Shown here: in pieces, positions 15,826-24,215 of the stretch
How the letters are laid out: the number at the start of each line of letters is the position of its first letter
Position numbering within the stretch: position 1 is the first letter of the stretch
Origin: Klebsiella phage 05F01
Direction: 5' to 3' (one strand)
Sequence record: LC483177.1
DNA length: 64,000 nucleotides
Notes under the pieces: generated by a model
Told to the model about the DNA's origin: nothing
Seen by the model: only the letters and a program-made list of their open reading frames with translations
Databases searched by the model: none
Translations under genes and position numbers: made by a program

Positions 15826-16974
15826 ATGAAAAAAGTAAAACTAAGTATTGTTGAAGATTACGTAAGTCACTGGTCTTGGTGGGAAGGTGTCCGAGAACTT
15901 TTACAGAACGCCATCGATACAAAAGAATATGAAGTTGATTTTCTTTCCAATGCGATTAAGATCTCATCTCATGGAGGTAAAATACCTACACAAGCACTTC
16001 TGATGGGGCGCTCATCTAAGCAAGATGATGAAAGCACTATTGGTAAGTTTGGTGAAGGTATGAAACTTGGTTTTCTTGTCCTTATTCGTGAAGGTGCAAA
16101 AGTTCATGTTAATAACTTCTCAGATGTTTGGGAACCTGCTATGGAAATGGATGACACATTCGATCAGGAGATTCTGTGTGTGAATATTCATGAGAATATT
16201 TTACCAATGAATCAGAAAGTCGAAGTGGTGATTAATAATATCCCTAACCATGCTATGGCAGAGATTAAAGAGAAATTTGCACCACAAAAAGATTTAAAAG
16301 TGGCAATATCCAATGATAAGGGAACTGCTTACTTTAAAGATCGTGAAGGAAGTGATTGTAATTTATATGTTAGTGGGCTATTTGTATGCTCTGTTCAGGG
16401 TAAATACAAATTTGACTATGATTTCAAACCGGATGTGTTTGAACTCGATCGTGATAGGGATTCTGTTAGTGAGTTTAATGTTCAGTATTATGCATCACAA
16501 CTCATCTCTGAAAGTGACGATATCGAACTGTTGGTTGAACTTGCAATGGAAGAGTTTGACGATTTGAAATACTTTGAGGGTCGTAGAAAGAAAAACTCTG
16601 TAGGTAAATATTGGGGATGTTCATTAGATGAAAGTGAAGAAGATATTCTCACTGACCATGCTGTTGAACTTTTTGAAGAGAAGTATGGATATGATGCTGT
16701 CCCTATCAACGATTCCTGGAGTCAAGAGAAGAAATCCACTATCACAAAAGTGGCTATCTCTAAGGGATTTACTCCTATTGCAGTTAAAAAATCCCTTTAC
16801 AGTATGATTCAAGGTAGATACAATATTGAAGGTGAAGTTAACGAAATCTTGAAATTTGATGCTCTGGATTTCTTGGAGAATTTCCTTAAAAAATATGAGC
16901 GTAAGTTGTATAATAAGCCACGAAAAGAAATTGAGAATGTTATCTTCAAACTTAAACTTGCAAAAGAAAAGTGA
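15826..16974 (+). CDS. GHKL-type (Hsp90/MORC/MutL-like) ATPase domain protein
   Basis: N-box RELLQNAIDT (ExxxNAxD). A G2-box-like IGKFGEGMKLGFLV resembles Hsp90 IGQFGVGFYSAF. The start was moved to ATG 15826 after GAGGTGACA. Confidence 0.5.
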   Translation: MKKVKLSIVEDYVSHWSWWEGVRELLQNAIDTKEYEVDFLSNAIKISSHGGKIPTQALLMGRSSKQDDESTIGKFGEGMKLGFLVLIREGAKVHVNNFSDVWEPAMEMDDTFDQEILCVNIHENILPMNQKVEVVINNIPNHAMAEIKEKFAPQKDLKVAISNDKGTAYFKDREGSDCNLYVSGLFVCSVQGKYKFDYDFKPDVFELDRDRDSVSEFNVQYYASQLISESDDIELLVELAMEEFDDLKYFEGRRKKNSVGKYWGCSLDESEEDILTDHAVELFEEKYGYDAVPINDSWSQEKKSTITKVAISKGFTPIAVKKSLYSMIQGRYNIEGEVNEILKFDALDFLENFLKKYERKLYNKPRKEIENVIFKLKLAKEK

Positions 16975-16980
16975 GGTAGT

Positions 16981-18036
16981 ATGACAAGCCCTTTTAAACA
17001 ACAAACAGCTACAAAAGCTAAGTCACCGTTTGGTAACGTAGAGATTAAGAATAGTCCTATCAAGGCCCCAACTATTTCTAAAATTCCTAAAACACCTGTT
17101 ATCCGTTTGACTGAAGAAGAGATTGAATCCCTTGGAAGTGCTACTGGCACTTCTTTGAGGGCAGTATCTGGACAAATGCTGGCATTTCAACAGAACAATT
17201 CTAATGATGAAATGACCAGTCGTCTCAACACTATGATGCTGGAAGCTAAAAAACTTGATCCAGATTCTATCAAGCAAGCTAAAGGTATTTCTAAATTCAT
17301 TAAAAAGATTATGGGTGTAAAAGAAAACCTCTTTGCTGAATTTAAGACAATTGAGGCTCGCATTAATGAACTGTCAGAAGAAATTATGAAGGATATCCGA
17401 AAGCAAAATGATAGCTTGGTGTTCCTTGATAATTTAAAACGATCTGTAGGTGAGTTTCTACTTTCTATGGAACGTGACCTACAAATTCTGCAAGCAGAGT
17501 ATGAGAAGACTGAAGAAGACTTTAATATTGCTGATCCAGAAGACAAAAATGAACTACAGGCACGTCTTGACCTTATTTTAACTCGTGTTGCAGATATTAA
17601 AGGATTCAGAATCCTTTGTGTTCAGATGGGGCAGCGCATTGACAATATGAAGAAAACCAGTAAGATGCTTACTGTAGGTGCTAAGAACTTGCTAGAAAAA
17701 GCTGTTCCGGCTTATGCAGCATCTTTCTCCATTTACATTACAGCGAAAGAACAAGTTGAGGCTGCTAAAACTCAGAATAATATTATTGATGGATTTAATG
17801 ATGTTATTCAGAAAGGTAATGAAATGGCTAATGTTGCTCAAATTGAAGCAACTAAACTGTCAAATAAACAGACTGTTTCTCTTGAAACACTAAACCATGC
17901 TAAAGAGTCAATGTTCACTCTATTTGATGAAGTTGACCGCCTTAATAAAGAGGCTCGTGCAAACACACTTGAGTATATCAAAGCAGCAGATGTCCTTGAG
18001 TCCGATATTGCTAAACGTATTAGGGATGCCCGATAA
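16981..18036 (+). CDS. TelA-like (toxic anion resistance/KlaB family) coiled-coil protein, tentative
   Basis: 351 aa with a Lys/Pro-rich disordered N-terminus followed by a long all-helical body. It lies two genes upstream of the vWA-TerD pair. The assignment rests on composition and context only. Confidence 0.3.
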   Translation: MTSPFKQQTATKAKSPFGNVEIKNSPIKAPTISKIPKTPVIRLTEEEIESLGSATGTSLRAVSGQMLAFQQNNSNDEMTSRLNTMMLEAKKLDPDSIKQAKGISKFIKKIMGVKENLFAEFKTIEARINELSEEIMKDIRKQNDSLVFLDNLKRSVGEFLLSMERDLQILQAEYEKTEEDFNIADPEDKNELQARLDLILTRVADIKGFRILCVQMGQRIDNMKKTSKMLTVGAKNLLEKAVPAYAASFSIYITAKEQVEAAKTQNNIIDGFNDVIQKGNEMANVAQIEATKLSNKQTVSLETLNHAKESMFTLFDEVDRLNKEARANTLEYIKAADVLESDIAKRIRDAR

Positions 18037-18230
18037 TGAAAACTATTACATTGACACCACTAGAACTCATTACTATCATGGAAGATGCTTTTATTGATGG
18101 GTGGAATAAAGCAGAACAAAATGAATGGTGGGACCCAAAATTGTTCTTAGAACTTTATAAAGAGGAAGGTGATTCATCAGAAACCACAACTGCAATAGAA
18201 GATATTAAGGAGGAATACAATGTCTCGTAA
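18036..18230 (+). CDS. Hypothetical small acidic protein
   Basis: 64-aa ORF with an ATGA overlap. Confidence 0.35.
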   Translation: MKTITLTPLELITIMEDAFIDGWNKAEQNEWWDPKLFLELYKEEGDSSETTTAIEDIKEEYNVS

Positions 18231-18939
18231 TGTGGAAGATCCAAAAGAGGAAGTATGTAAAGAGGGGAGTTTACATGACTACTCTATCACACACCCAGCA
18301 TATGGTATTGTTACGGTTACTCACCCAACAGGTGGTGAAATGAAATTGTTTGGTAGTGACATGAAGCATAATAACCGTGTGTGCCTAACTTTCTACAAGG
18401 CAGTGGAAGACCGTTCACTAAGTAACTCTTGGATACACGGGAAAGAGATTCTTATGGAAGTCGAACTATCTGAAACTCAGTGGGCTAGTTTAGTTAGCAG
18501 TAATATGGGAAGCCCTACACCGATCACTTATCGTCACTATCGTGATGGAAACTTGGTAAATGTCCCTCTTATTGGTCAACAGAAGACAGAAAGAGAGAAG
18601 TTTAGTAAGGAATACCAGGATACTATCAGAACCCACATGGAGCGTGGTCAAGCTGCTTTAGCTAAACTTATGGAGCTTAAAGAAAAAGGTAAAGCTGGTA
18701 AAAAAGATATTGACGACCTTATCAGTATTATGCAACAATCATTAGGTAGATTCGCGGCAGATACAGTTTTCTCTGCTAAATGCTTTGAAGAAGTTATGGA
18801 GAAAACTGTTACACATGCTCAAGTTGAGATTGAGAATTCAATCAGCAACCTGGCAAAACGAATTGGCGCGGAACATTTAGGTATTAGCTTAGATAAAAAT
18901 TTATTAAGCAACATTAAAGAGGAAGACAATGACAATTAA
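18220..18939 (+). CDS. Hypothetical protein
   Basis: 239-aa ORF between the TelA-like and vWA genes. Confidence 0.45.
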   Translation: MSRNVEDPKEEVCKEGSLHDYSITHPAYGIVTVTHPTGGEMKLFGSDMKHNNRVCLTFYKAVEDRSLSNSWIHGKEILMEVELSETQWASLVSSNMGSPTPITYRHYRDGNLVNVPLIGQQKTEREKFSKEYQDTIRTHMERGQAALAKLMELKEKGKAGKKDIDDLISIMQQSLGRFAADTVFSAKCFEEVMEKTVTHAQVEIENSISNLAKRIGAEHLGISLDKNLLSNIKEEDNDN

Positions 18940-19201
18940 GTTTGATAAAGTTAAGAAAGAAAATCAAAGTGATGTAGTGACTAAGTTTAGATATCTTGGT
19001 TTAGGTGAAACTTTTATGTATGAGGCTGCATACCGTTCTGATGGCCTAGATTTGGAGACTAATGTCTTATTTATTAAAACTGACCATAATACTGCGTTAG
19101 AACTTAACTATACAGGCAATAACTGTACTTGTGATGATGATTTAGGAGTTGTTGCTGTAGATTTAGAAGTTAGTTCTGTAAAACTGAAAGGAGAAAAATA
19201 A
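18929..19201 (+). CDS. Hypothetical protein
   Basis: 90-aa ORF. Confidence 0.4.
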   Translation: MTIKFDKVKKENQSDVVTKFRYLGLGETFMYEAAYRSDGLDLETNVLFIKTDHNTALELNYTGNNCTCDDDLGVVAVDLEVSSVKLKGEK

Positions 19202-20010
19202 TGAGTAAAATTTCACTACAAAAACGTCAAGAGGTTCTTAAAATTAGCCTTAAAAAGGCTAATGTATCCGACAAGCTTACACTACGTGTTGCTTGCGCAT
19301 TAGATATTTCAAGTAGTATGCAAAATCTCTATCGTAATGGTAGTGTTAGTGAGTTGGTTGGAAAGCTACTTCCTTTTGGTATGATGTTTGATGATAATGC
19401 ACAGATTGATATGTGGGCTTTTAATCATGGGAGCAGTGAACTTCCTCCTGCTACAGAATCTGTTTACGATGATTATGTAAATAATTGCATGAAAAATATT
19501 TCTATTAGTGGTGGAACTAATTATGCACCTGTTATGGCAGATATCTATAACGAATACTTTGGTGGTGGAATTGTTACCAAGACCGTGTATAAAGAAGTAG
19601 AAGTCGATGAATATGTTCCAGCTAAGGGTTTTATGGCTAAATTAACAGGTAAAAAAGAACTTGTTAAAGTCAAAAAACAGGTATCTGAGCAAGTTGTCGA
19701 TCATGAAGCAATGGCTAATGTTGATACTACTCCTGCTATGGTTTTCTTCCAGACTGATGGCTCCAATTCAGATGAAAGTGCTGTAATTAGTTTGTTAAAT
19801 CGAAACAAAGATAAACCTATCTATTGGTTTATGGTTGGTGTAGGTGACCCACGTTACTTTGGATTCATCAAACGTATCTCTGACGAATTTGATAACGTTG
19901 ATTTTATTTCTGTAAAAGACCTTGACTTGTCAGATGAAGAACTTTACAATAAACTTCTATCTGGCGAATTTGGTCAGTGGATTAAAACTGTTGGTGTTAA
20001 AGGCGCTTAA
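19201..20010 (+). CDS. vWA-domain protein (TerY/TerF-like) with a TerD-like N-terminal leader
   Basis: N-terminal KISLQK..KISLKK repeat, like TerD. MIDAS motif DISSSM (DxSxS). Downstream GGTNYAPVM matches vWA MIDAS Thr/Asp positions. Confidence 0.6.
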   Translation: MSKISLQKRQEVLKISLKKANVSDKLTLRVACALDISSSMQNLYRNGSVSELVGKLLPFGMMFDDNAQIDMWAFNHGSSELPPATESVYDDYVNNCMKNISISGGTNYAPVMADIYNEYFGGGIVTKTVYKEVEVDEYVPAKGFMAKLTGKKELVKVKKQVSEQVVDHEAMANVDTTPAMVFFQTDGSNSDESAVISLLNRNKDKPIYWFMVGVGDPRYFGFIKRISDEFDNVDFISVKDLDLSDEELYNKLLSGEFGQWIKTVGVKGA

Positions 20011-20038
20011 TAATTTAAATAAATAAGGAGATATAAAC

Positions 20039-20638
20039 ATGGCTAAGATTTCACTGAAAAAAGGTTCCACTAATAAGATTTCTCTTAAAAAATCTGCACC
20101 ACTTCTTCGTAAGATTCGTGTAGAATTTTCTTGGACCTCTAATAGTAAACTGGACCTTGATGCAAGTGCATTGCTGTGTCGTAAAGACTCAAATGGTGCT
20201 GCACAAATTATTAGTGAAAAGCATATGGTTTTTTATGCACAAGGCTGTCAATTTGACCAATCTAAATCAGTGTTCTACGGTGGTGATGTTCGAGATGGTA
20301 GTGGTGATAAAGAAACAATTGAGATCAATCTTGAAACTCTCCCATCAGATATTGAAATTATTCCTCTGATCCTGACTATTGATGACCCACGTGATCAAGG
20401 ACTTACTTTTGGTAATGCAACTGGCGGTTTGCTTAAAATTATTAACGCAGAAACTGATGAAGAGATCCTTGACTTTGATTTCCTGGCTGACGATCTTAAA
20501 AACCTCAGCATTATTCATGTTGCAAATATTGAAGTAAATGGTGCTGATTGGAATGTTGAAGGTGTTGGAGTTGGTGGTGTAGGTGGTATTCTTGATGCAT
20601 TCCTCATGTTCGGTGCTTCTGCTGACTGGTTTGAATAA
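20039..20638 (+). CDS. TerD-family stress protein
   Basis: MAKISLKKGSTNKISLKK..IRVEFSWTS...LDLDASALL...YGGDVRDGSGDKETIEINL...IIPLILTID matches the TerD domain consensus (kISLsKg, DlDasall, GDnrtGegdgddE, vdL.kvp, ivfvvsi). Confidence 0.8.
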   Translation: MAKISLKKGSTNKISLKKSAPLLRKIRVEFSWTSNSKLDLDASALLCRKDSNGAAQIISEKHMVFYAQGCQFDQSKSVFYGGDVRDGSGDKETIEINLETLPSDIEIIPLILTIDDPRDQGLTFGNATGGLLKIINAETDEEILDFDFLADDLKNLSIIHVANIEVNGADWNVEGVGVGGVGGILDAFLMFGASADWFE

Positions 20639-20646
20639 GTAGGTAG

Positions 20647-20672
20647 AGAAGGAGGGTAATTCCCCTCCTTTT
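20647..20672 (+). terminator. Rho-independent terminator (GAAGGAGGGTAATTCCCCTCCTT plus TTTTG)
   Basis: GC-rich hairpin with a T-run. Confidence 0.6.
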
Positions 20673-20698
20673 GCATAATCCCTCTAAATGTGCTATAA
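20670..20698 (+). promoter_or_regulatory. Sigma70 promoter with an extended -10 (TTGCAT-17-TGcTATAAT)
   Basis: Perfect TATAAT with an upstream TG and a 17-bp spacer to TTGCAT. Confidence 0.6.
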
Positions 20699-20718
20699 TA
20701 GATAGACATAAACACAAA

Positions 20719-21255
20719 ATGGAGGTAGTATTGCATAATAAAATTAAGAAATCCTTATTAGGTGGATTGTTGGTAACAGCTTTTACCTTTTCTCCTATTA
20801 ATGCAGAAGCAAAAGTAAAGGCAGTTAATAATCAAGTAGTACATATCTGTAATAAGAAAGATACGCCTGTTAACTTACTTGCTTGTGCCATGTATGCTGA
20901 AGGACGTGGAGAAGGTGAGAAGGGTATGTTTGCTATAGGGAATGTCATACTAAATAGAGATTCATCAGAAGATTTTCCCGATGGAATACACTCTGTTGTC
21001 TACCAAAAAGGGCAGTTTACATACCTAAAAAGATTTTCTATTAGAATAAAAGATAAAGACTCTTGGGAAAAAGCACTGAAAGTTAGTAGAAAACTAATTT
21101 ATCTAAATGACAATTTTCCTGAGTTACGTGTAGCTAATGATATAACACGTGGTGCCACCTATTACAAAAGGTGGGATGTCCATCCTAAGTGGTCTAAGAA
21201 AATGAAAGTTGTCTATAGATATAAAGGTCATGTTTTTTATAAGGAGAGGAAATGA
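20719..21255 (+). CDS. SleB/CwlJ-like cell-wall hydrolase with a signal peptide (candidate endolysin)
   Basis: The start was moved to ATG 20719 after GGAGG. Signal peptide LLGGLLVTAFTFSPINAEA. CAMYAEGRGEGEKGMFAIGNVILNR..FPDGIHSVVYQKGQF matches the Hydrolase_2 (SleB) core. Confidence 0.65.
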   Translation: MEVVLHNKIKKSLLGGLLVTAFTFSPINAEAKVKAVNNQVVHICNKKDTPVNLLACAMYAEGRGEGEKGMFAIGNVILNRDSSEDFPDGIHSVVYQKGQFTYLKRFSIRIKDKDSWEKALKVSRKLIYLNDNFPELRVANDITRGATYYKRWDVHPKWSKKMKVVYRYKGHVFYKERK

Positions 21256-21542
21256 ACAATCTTTTTGATACAGGGCAATATGTAGCATCCTTTGCGGTTA
21301 AAGGTATGAGTGAAGAACAACTACTCTTTGCACGTAAACTGCTGCAAGGTGTTGCTGCAATTTATTTTCCGCAAGGTGCTGATGATACAATGTGGTGTAT
21401 CTCTTTTATAGTTGTAAGTGGTGAGACTCAACTTGTTCTTATCATTGATAAAGATTACTACGATGATTTTGTTGACAACAACCAGAATTTGGAGTACTCT
21501 TTATTTGAAGCGCAACCAGCAATCATTGAGGAGACACATTAA
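21252..21542 (+). CDS. Hypothetical protein
   Basis: 96-aa ORF with an ATGA overlap. Confidence 0.4.
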   Translation: MNNLFDTGQYVASFAVKGMSEEQLLFARKLLQGVAAIYFPQGADDTMWCISFIVVSGETQLVLIIDKDYYDDFVDNNQNLEYSLFEAQPAIIEETH

Positions 21543-21778
21543 TGGGCGAAGTTATTGAAGTTAACTTTAAAGAAAAGAAAAAGATCCAGAAGTATGTGAT
21601 CAAGAATTATATTTGTCTTGTTTGTAATCAGAAGTTTGTAAATGATAGCCGTTTAACTGAAGAAGAAAACCCTAGTCTCATCTCTGTAGGTGTCCGTGGG
21701 TATTGTGTCTGTAAGGATTGTGCTGTAGATGTAGCAAATGTTGTTAAAGAAGAGAAATGGGAGAGCAGCCATGACTAA
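21542..21778 (+). CDS. Small zinc-finger protein
   Basis: CLVCNQ...CVCKDC gives two CxxC pairs. Confidence 0.4.
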   Translation: MGEVIEVNFKEKKKIQKYVIKNYICLVCNQKFVNDSRLTEEENPSLISVGVRGYCVCKDCAVDVANVVKEEKWESSHD

Positions 21779-22235
21779 TATCATAGAACTGGCGCGGAGC
21801 ATGAAAGTAGCGTCAGAGAAAGCCAAACATGCAGGGGAGTCTCCTATAATGCCGTTTGATAATCGGATCTCTGCACTGAATGAATACCAGATTACGGTAT
21901 GCCCAGATAATGTTCTCGCTTTGGTAGAGGCGCTGGAGAAGGCTCATACAAAAGCAGATGTATACGACATGCTTCGTGATGACTACGGTTTGCGCAAAAA
22001 AGGTGTTGGGCTTGCAGATTTCGTTGACTGGCAGGCTAATCGTATCGCAGAGCTAGAGTCCCGCACCGTCAACATCAAATTTGCGCCAATTCAGGTAGAG
22101 GAATTGGGCAATGTTCGTGATGGGAAAAAGCATCCCTATATGTTCGGAGCTGGCTATAACAGCGCAGTTATTCACTGTGAGAGCGTTATTCAGCAGGAGT
22201 TAGACGCTAAAGGCATCAAGTGGGAGGCTGAGTGA
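21771..22235 (+). CDS. Ead/Ea22-like protein (lambdoid prophage-type), GC-rich
   Basis: The motif DNVLALVEALEKAH is typical of the Ead/Ea22-like family. Local GC is about 45-50% against about 35% around it. The start was moved to ATG 21771 (ATGA overlap). Confidence 0.5.
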   Translation: MTNIIELARSMKVASEKAKHAGESPIMPFDNRISALNEYQITVCPDNVLALVEALEKAHTKADVYDMLRDDYGLRKKGVGLADFVDWQANRIAELESRTVNIKFAPIQVEELGNVRDGKKHPYMFGAGYNSAVIHCESVIQQELDAKGIKWEAE

Positions 22236-22465
22236 TGTCAAATGCAAAACTAATTTCTGTTGCACCACAAATGCTAGATTCTTTGGTTTGGTCATTACAA
22301 CTTGCAGAAGTTGCTTTAGAAGATTGCAGAATAAACCGTATTAGATGCGGTCACTTAGATATCGTTAGTAAATACAAAGATGGTCGTGTATGTATTGGCC
22401 TGTGGCAAGATGAAGTAGATAAACTAGAGTCAGCTAGGGAAGTTTTACGAAAGGTTTTAGAATGA
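22232..22465 (+). CDS. Hypothetical protein
   Basis: 77-aa ORF, translationally coupled. Confidence 0.4.
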   Translation: MMSNAKLISVAPQMLDSLVWSLQLAEVALEDCRINRIRCGHLDIVSKYKDGRVCIGLWQDEVDKLESAREVLRKVLE

Positions 22466-22659
22466 TGAATAAAAAATCCATATTTATTAGGGTTATATTG
22501 TTCCCTGTCTATCTTATTTTATGGACATTAGGTCTTTTAGCTATTATAGGTAGCTTTATTTTCAATGAATTCTATGACAAAATGGATTATATACGAGACT
22601 TATTTCAAATGTGGGTTGATAAAATTGCCCCTTTAGACAACAAAAAAGGAGAAAAATAA
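22462..22659 (+). CDS. Small membrane protein
   Basis: 65 aa with a single hydrophobic helix IFIRVILFPVYLILWTLGLLAIIGSFIF. Confidence 0.4.
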   Translation: MMNKKSIFIRVILFPVYLILWTLGLLAIIGSFIFNEFYDKMDYIRDLFQMWVDKIAPLDNKKGEK

Positions 22660-22841
22660 TGGATCATGAAATCCGTCACTATGATTTAAATAAAATTGAG
22701 AGCATTCCTACTGATAAATTGATTAAGATCCGAGATGTTCAGAAGGCATATGCTGCCCAATGTTATCAAGAGTTTAGTGAAGCACGTAGCACAGAGACTC
22801 TGATTAAGATGGAATTGGAGCGTCGTTTCACTAAAAATTGA
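22659..22841 (+). CDS. Hypothetical small protein
   Basis: 60-aa ORF. Confidence 0.35.
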   Translation: MDHEIRHYDLNKIESIPTDKLIKIRDVQKAYAAQCYQEFSEARSTETLIKMELERRFTKN

Positions 22842-22844
22842 TAG

Positions 22845-22872
22845 GAAAAACCTCCTGGACTTACGGGAGGTA
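22845..22872 (+). terminator. Hairpin ACCTCC-N10-GGAGGT (putative terminator/processing site)
   Basis: 6-bp GC-rich stem followed by ATTATGTT. Confidence 0.3.
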
Positions 22873-22890
22873 TTATGTTAAGGTGGTTAT

Positions 22891-23496
22891 ATGAATCCAA
22901 TATATGTCCACCACATTACACCATTCCTGGATGGTGATATTGTTGGTGGTATCAACAAAGCAATTGAAAACCTTCCTGATGATGCTATCATCTGTCTACG
23001 AGATGCAGATACTCTCTTTCTCTTACCAAATCAACAAGAACAAGTTGATCATTTGGCAAGAGTTTATATACAATCCGGTGAATACGATGTAATCTCATGC
23101 ATGACAAATAGACTTGGTAGAAAACAATCTCATCAACTCTATCTAGGAGAAAGAAGCGATAACACAGACATCATAGAACATATGTGTATTGCAGCAGACC
23201 TACAATCAATGAAATACTTGAATGTAAAACCTGTCCCTGAAGGTAAGATAGTTGCAGGTGTTATGTTAATGTTTAAGAAATCTCTCATAAAAGAAGTACC
23301 TATGCTCCAACGTTCTGTCCAATTCGATATTATATGGAGTAGAGAGTTACATAATAAAAATAAAAAGATTGGTATCGCAGAAGGACTATATCTATGGCAT
23401 ACGTATCGTCTAGGTTCTGATGATCCAGAACGTGCTCTAGGTCACTTAATAAAAGCACAAGACTTTGATCTTGTTATCTCTTTGGAGGAAAATTGA
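22891..23496 (+). CDS. Glycosyltransferase-like protein (DxD)
   Basis: ICLRDADTLF DxD motif near the N-terminus. Confidence 0.4.
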   Translation: MNPIYVHHITPFLDGDIVGGINKAIENLPDDAIICLRDADTLFLLPNQQEQVDHLARVYIQSGEYDVISCMTNRLGRKQSHQLYLGERSDNTDIIEHMCIAADLQSMKYLNVKPVPEGKIVAGVMLMFKKSLIKEVPMLQRSVQFDIIWSRELHNKNKKIGIAEGLYLWHTYRLGSDDPERALGHLIKAQDFDLVISLEEN

Positions 23497-24215
23497 TTAC
23501 AATTGATGATAAAGACTTTAAAGTGGGTGTAGGTGTAATTACTATAGGAAAAAGGAAATTACCTGACTATAAAACAGAAAAATCTGGTGCTGACTTTAAG
23601 GTCTTTATAGATAAAGATAGGAAAGGGGTGGCATACGCAAGGAATATGTTAATAAAACAGTTTTATGATTCAGGTTATGATTACTGGTTTATTTTTGATG
23701 ATGATGTATATCCAAATGAGCCAGATCATGTAAGCTATATTAAATATTTTACTGAAACAGCATACAAATTCAACTATGACTGTTTTCTAAGTCCTGAGTA
23801 TTTTAGAGACAGTATATGCGGTTCTACTGATAATGGTGAGGTAATTCTATTTAGTGATGCGATGAGCCAATTCATGTTTTGCAGTAGAAAAATGGTAGAA
23901 GTTATTGGCTATATACCTACTCTCCCTAATAATTATGGGTATGAGGATGCGCTATTTTTGGATATGTTAAAACTTGCCCAAAGAAAGGGATTAATTAATA
24001 ATGGTGTAAATGGAATACCTTGTCCAACTAAAGCTTTGTGCTTTATACATCCAACTGATATGTACTCGGATAATATAGAGTCATTTACAAATATGACTTA
24101 TGAAGAGAAACAAAGCGCAATTTCAGCTAATGCCCCTTATTTTGAAAAAATCAAAAATAAAATATCTGAAGGTAAATACTTTTTCTCTTTTGATGAGGTA
24201 ATGGATGGAAAATAA
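23493..24215 (+). CDS. Glycosyltransferase-like protein (GT-A-like, DxD)
   Basis: YWFIFDDDVYP DxD motif. Confidence 0.4.
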   Translation: MITIDDKDFKVGVGVITIGKRKLPDYKTEKSGADFKVFIDKDRKGVAYARNMLIKQFYDSGYDYWFIFDDDVYPNEPDHVSYIKYFTETAYKFNYDCFLSPEYFRDSICGSTDNGEVILFSDAMSQFMFCSRKMVEVIGYIPTLPNNYGYEDALFLDMLKLAQRKGLINNGVNGIPCPTKALCFIHPTDMYSDNIESFTNMTYEEKQSAISANAPYFEKIKNKISEGKYFFSFDEVMDGK

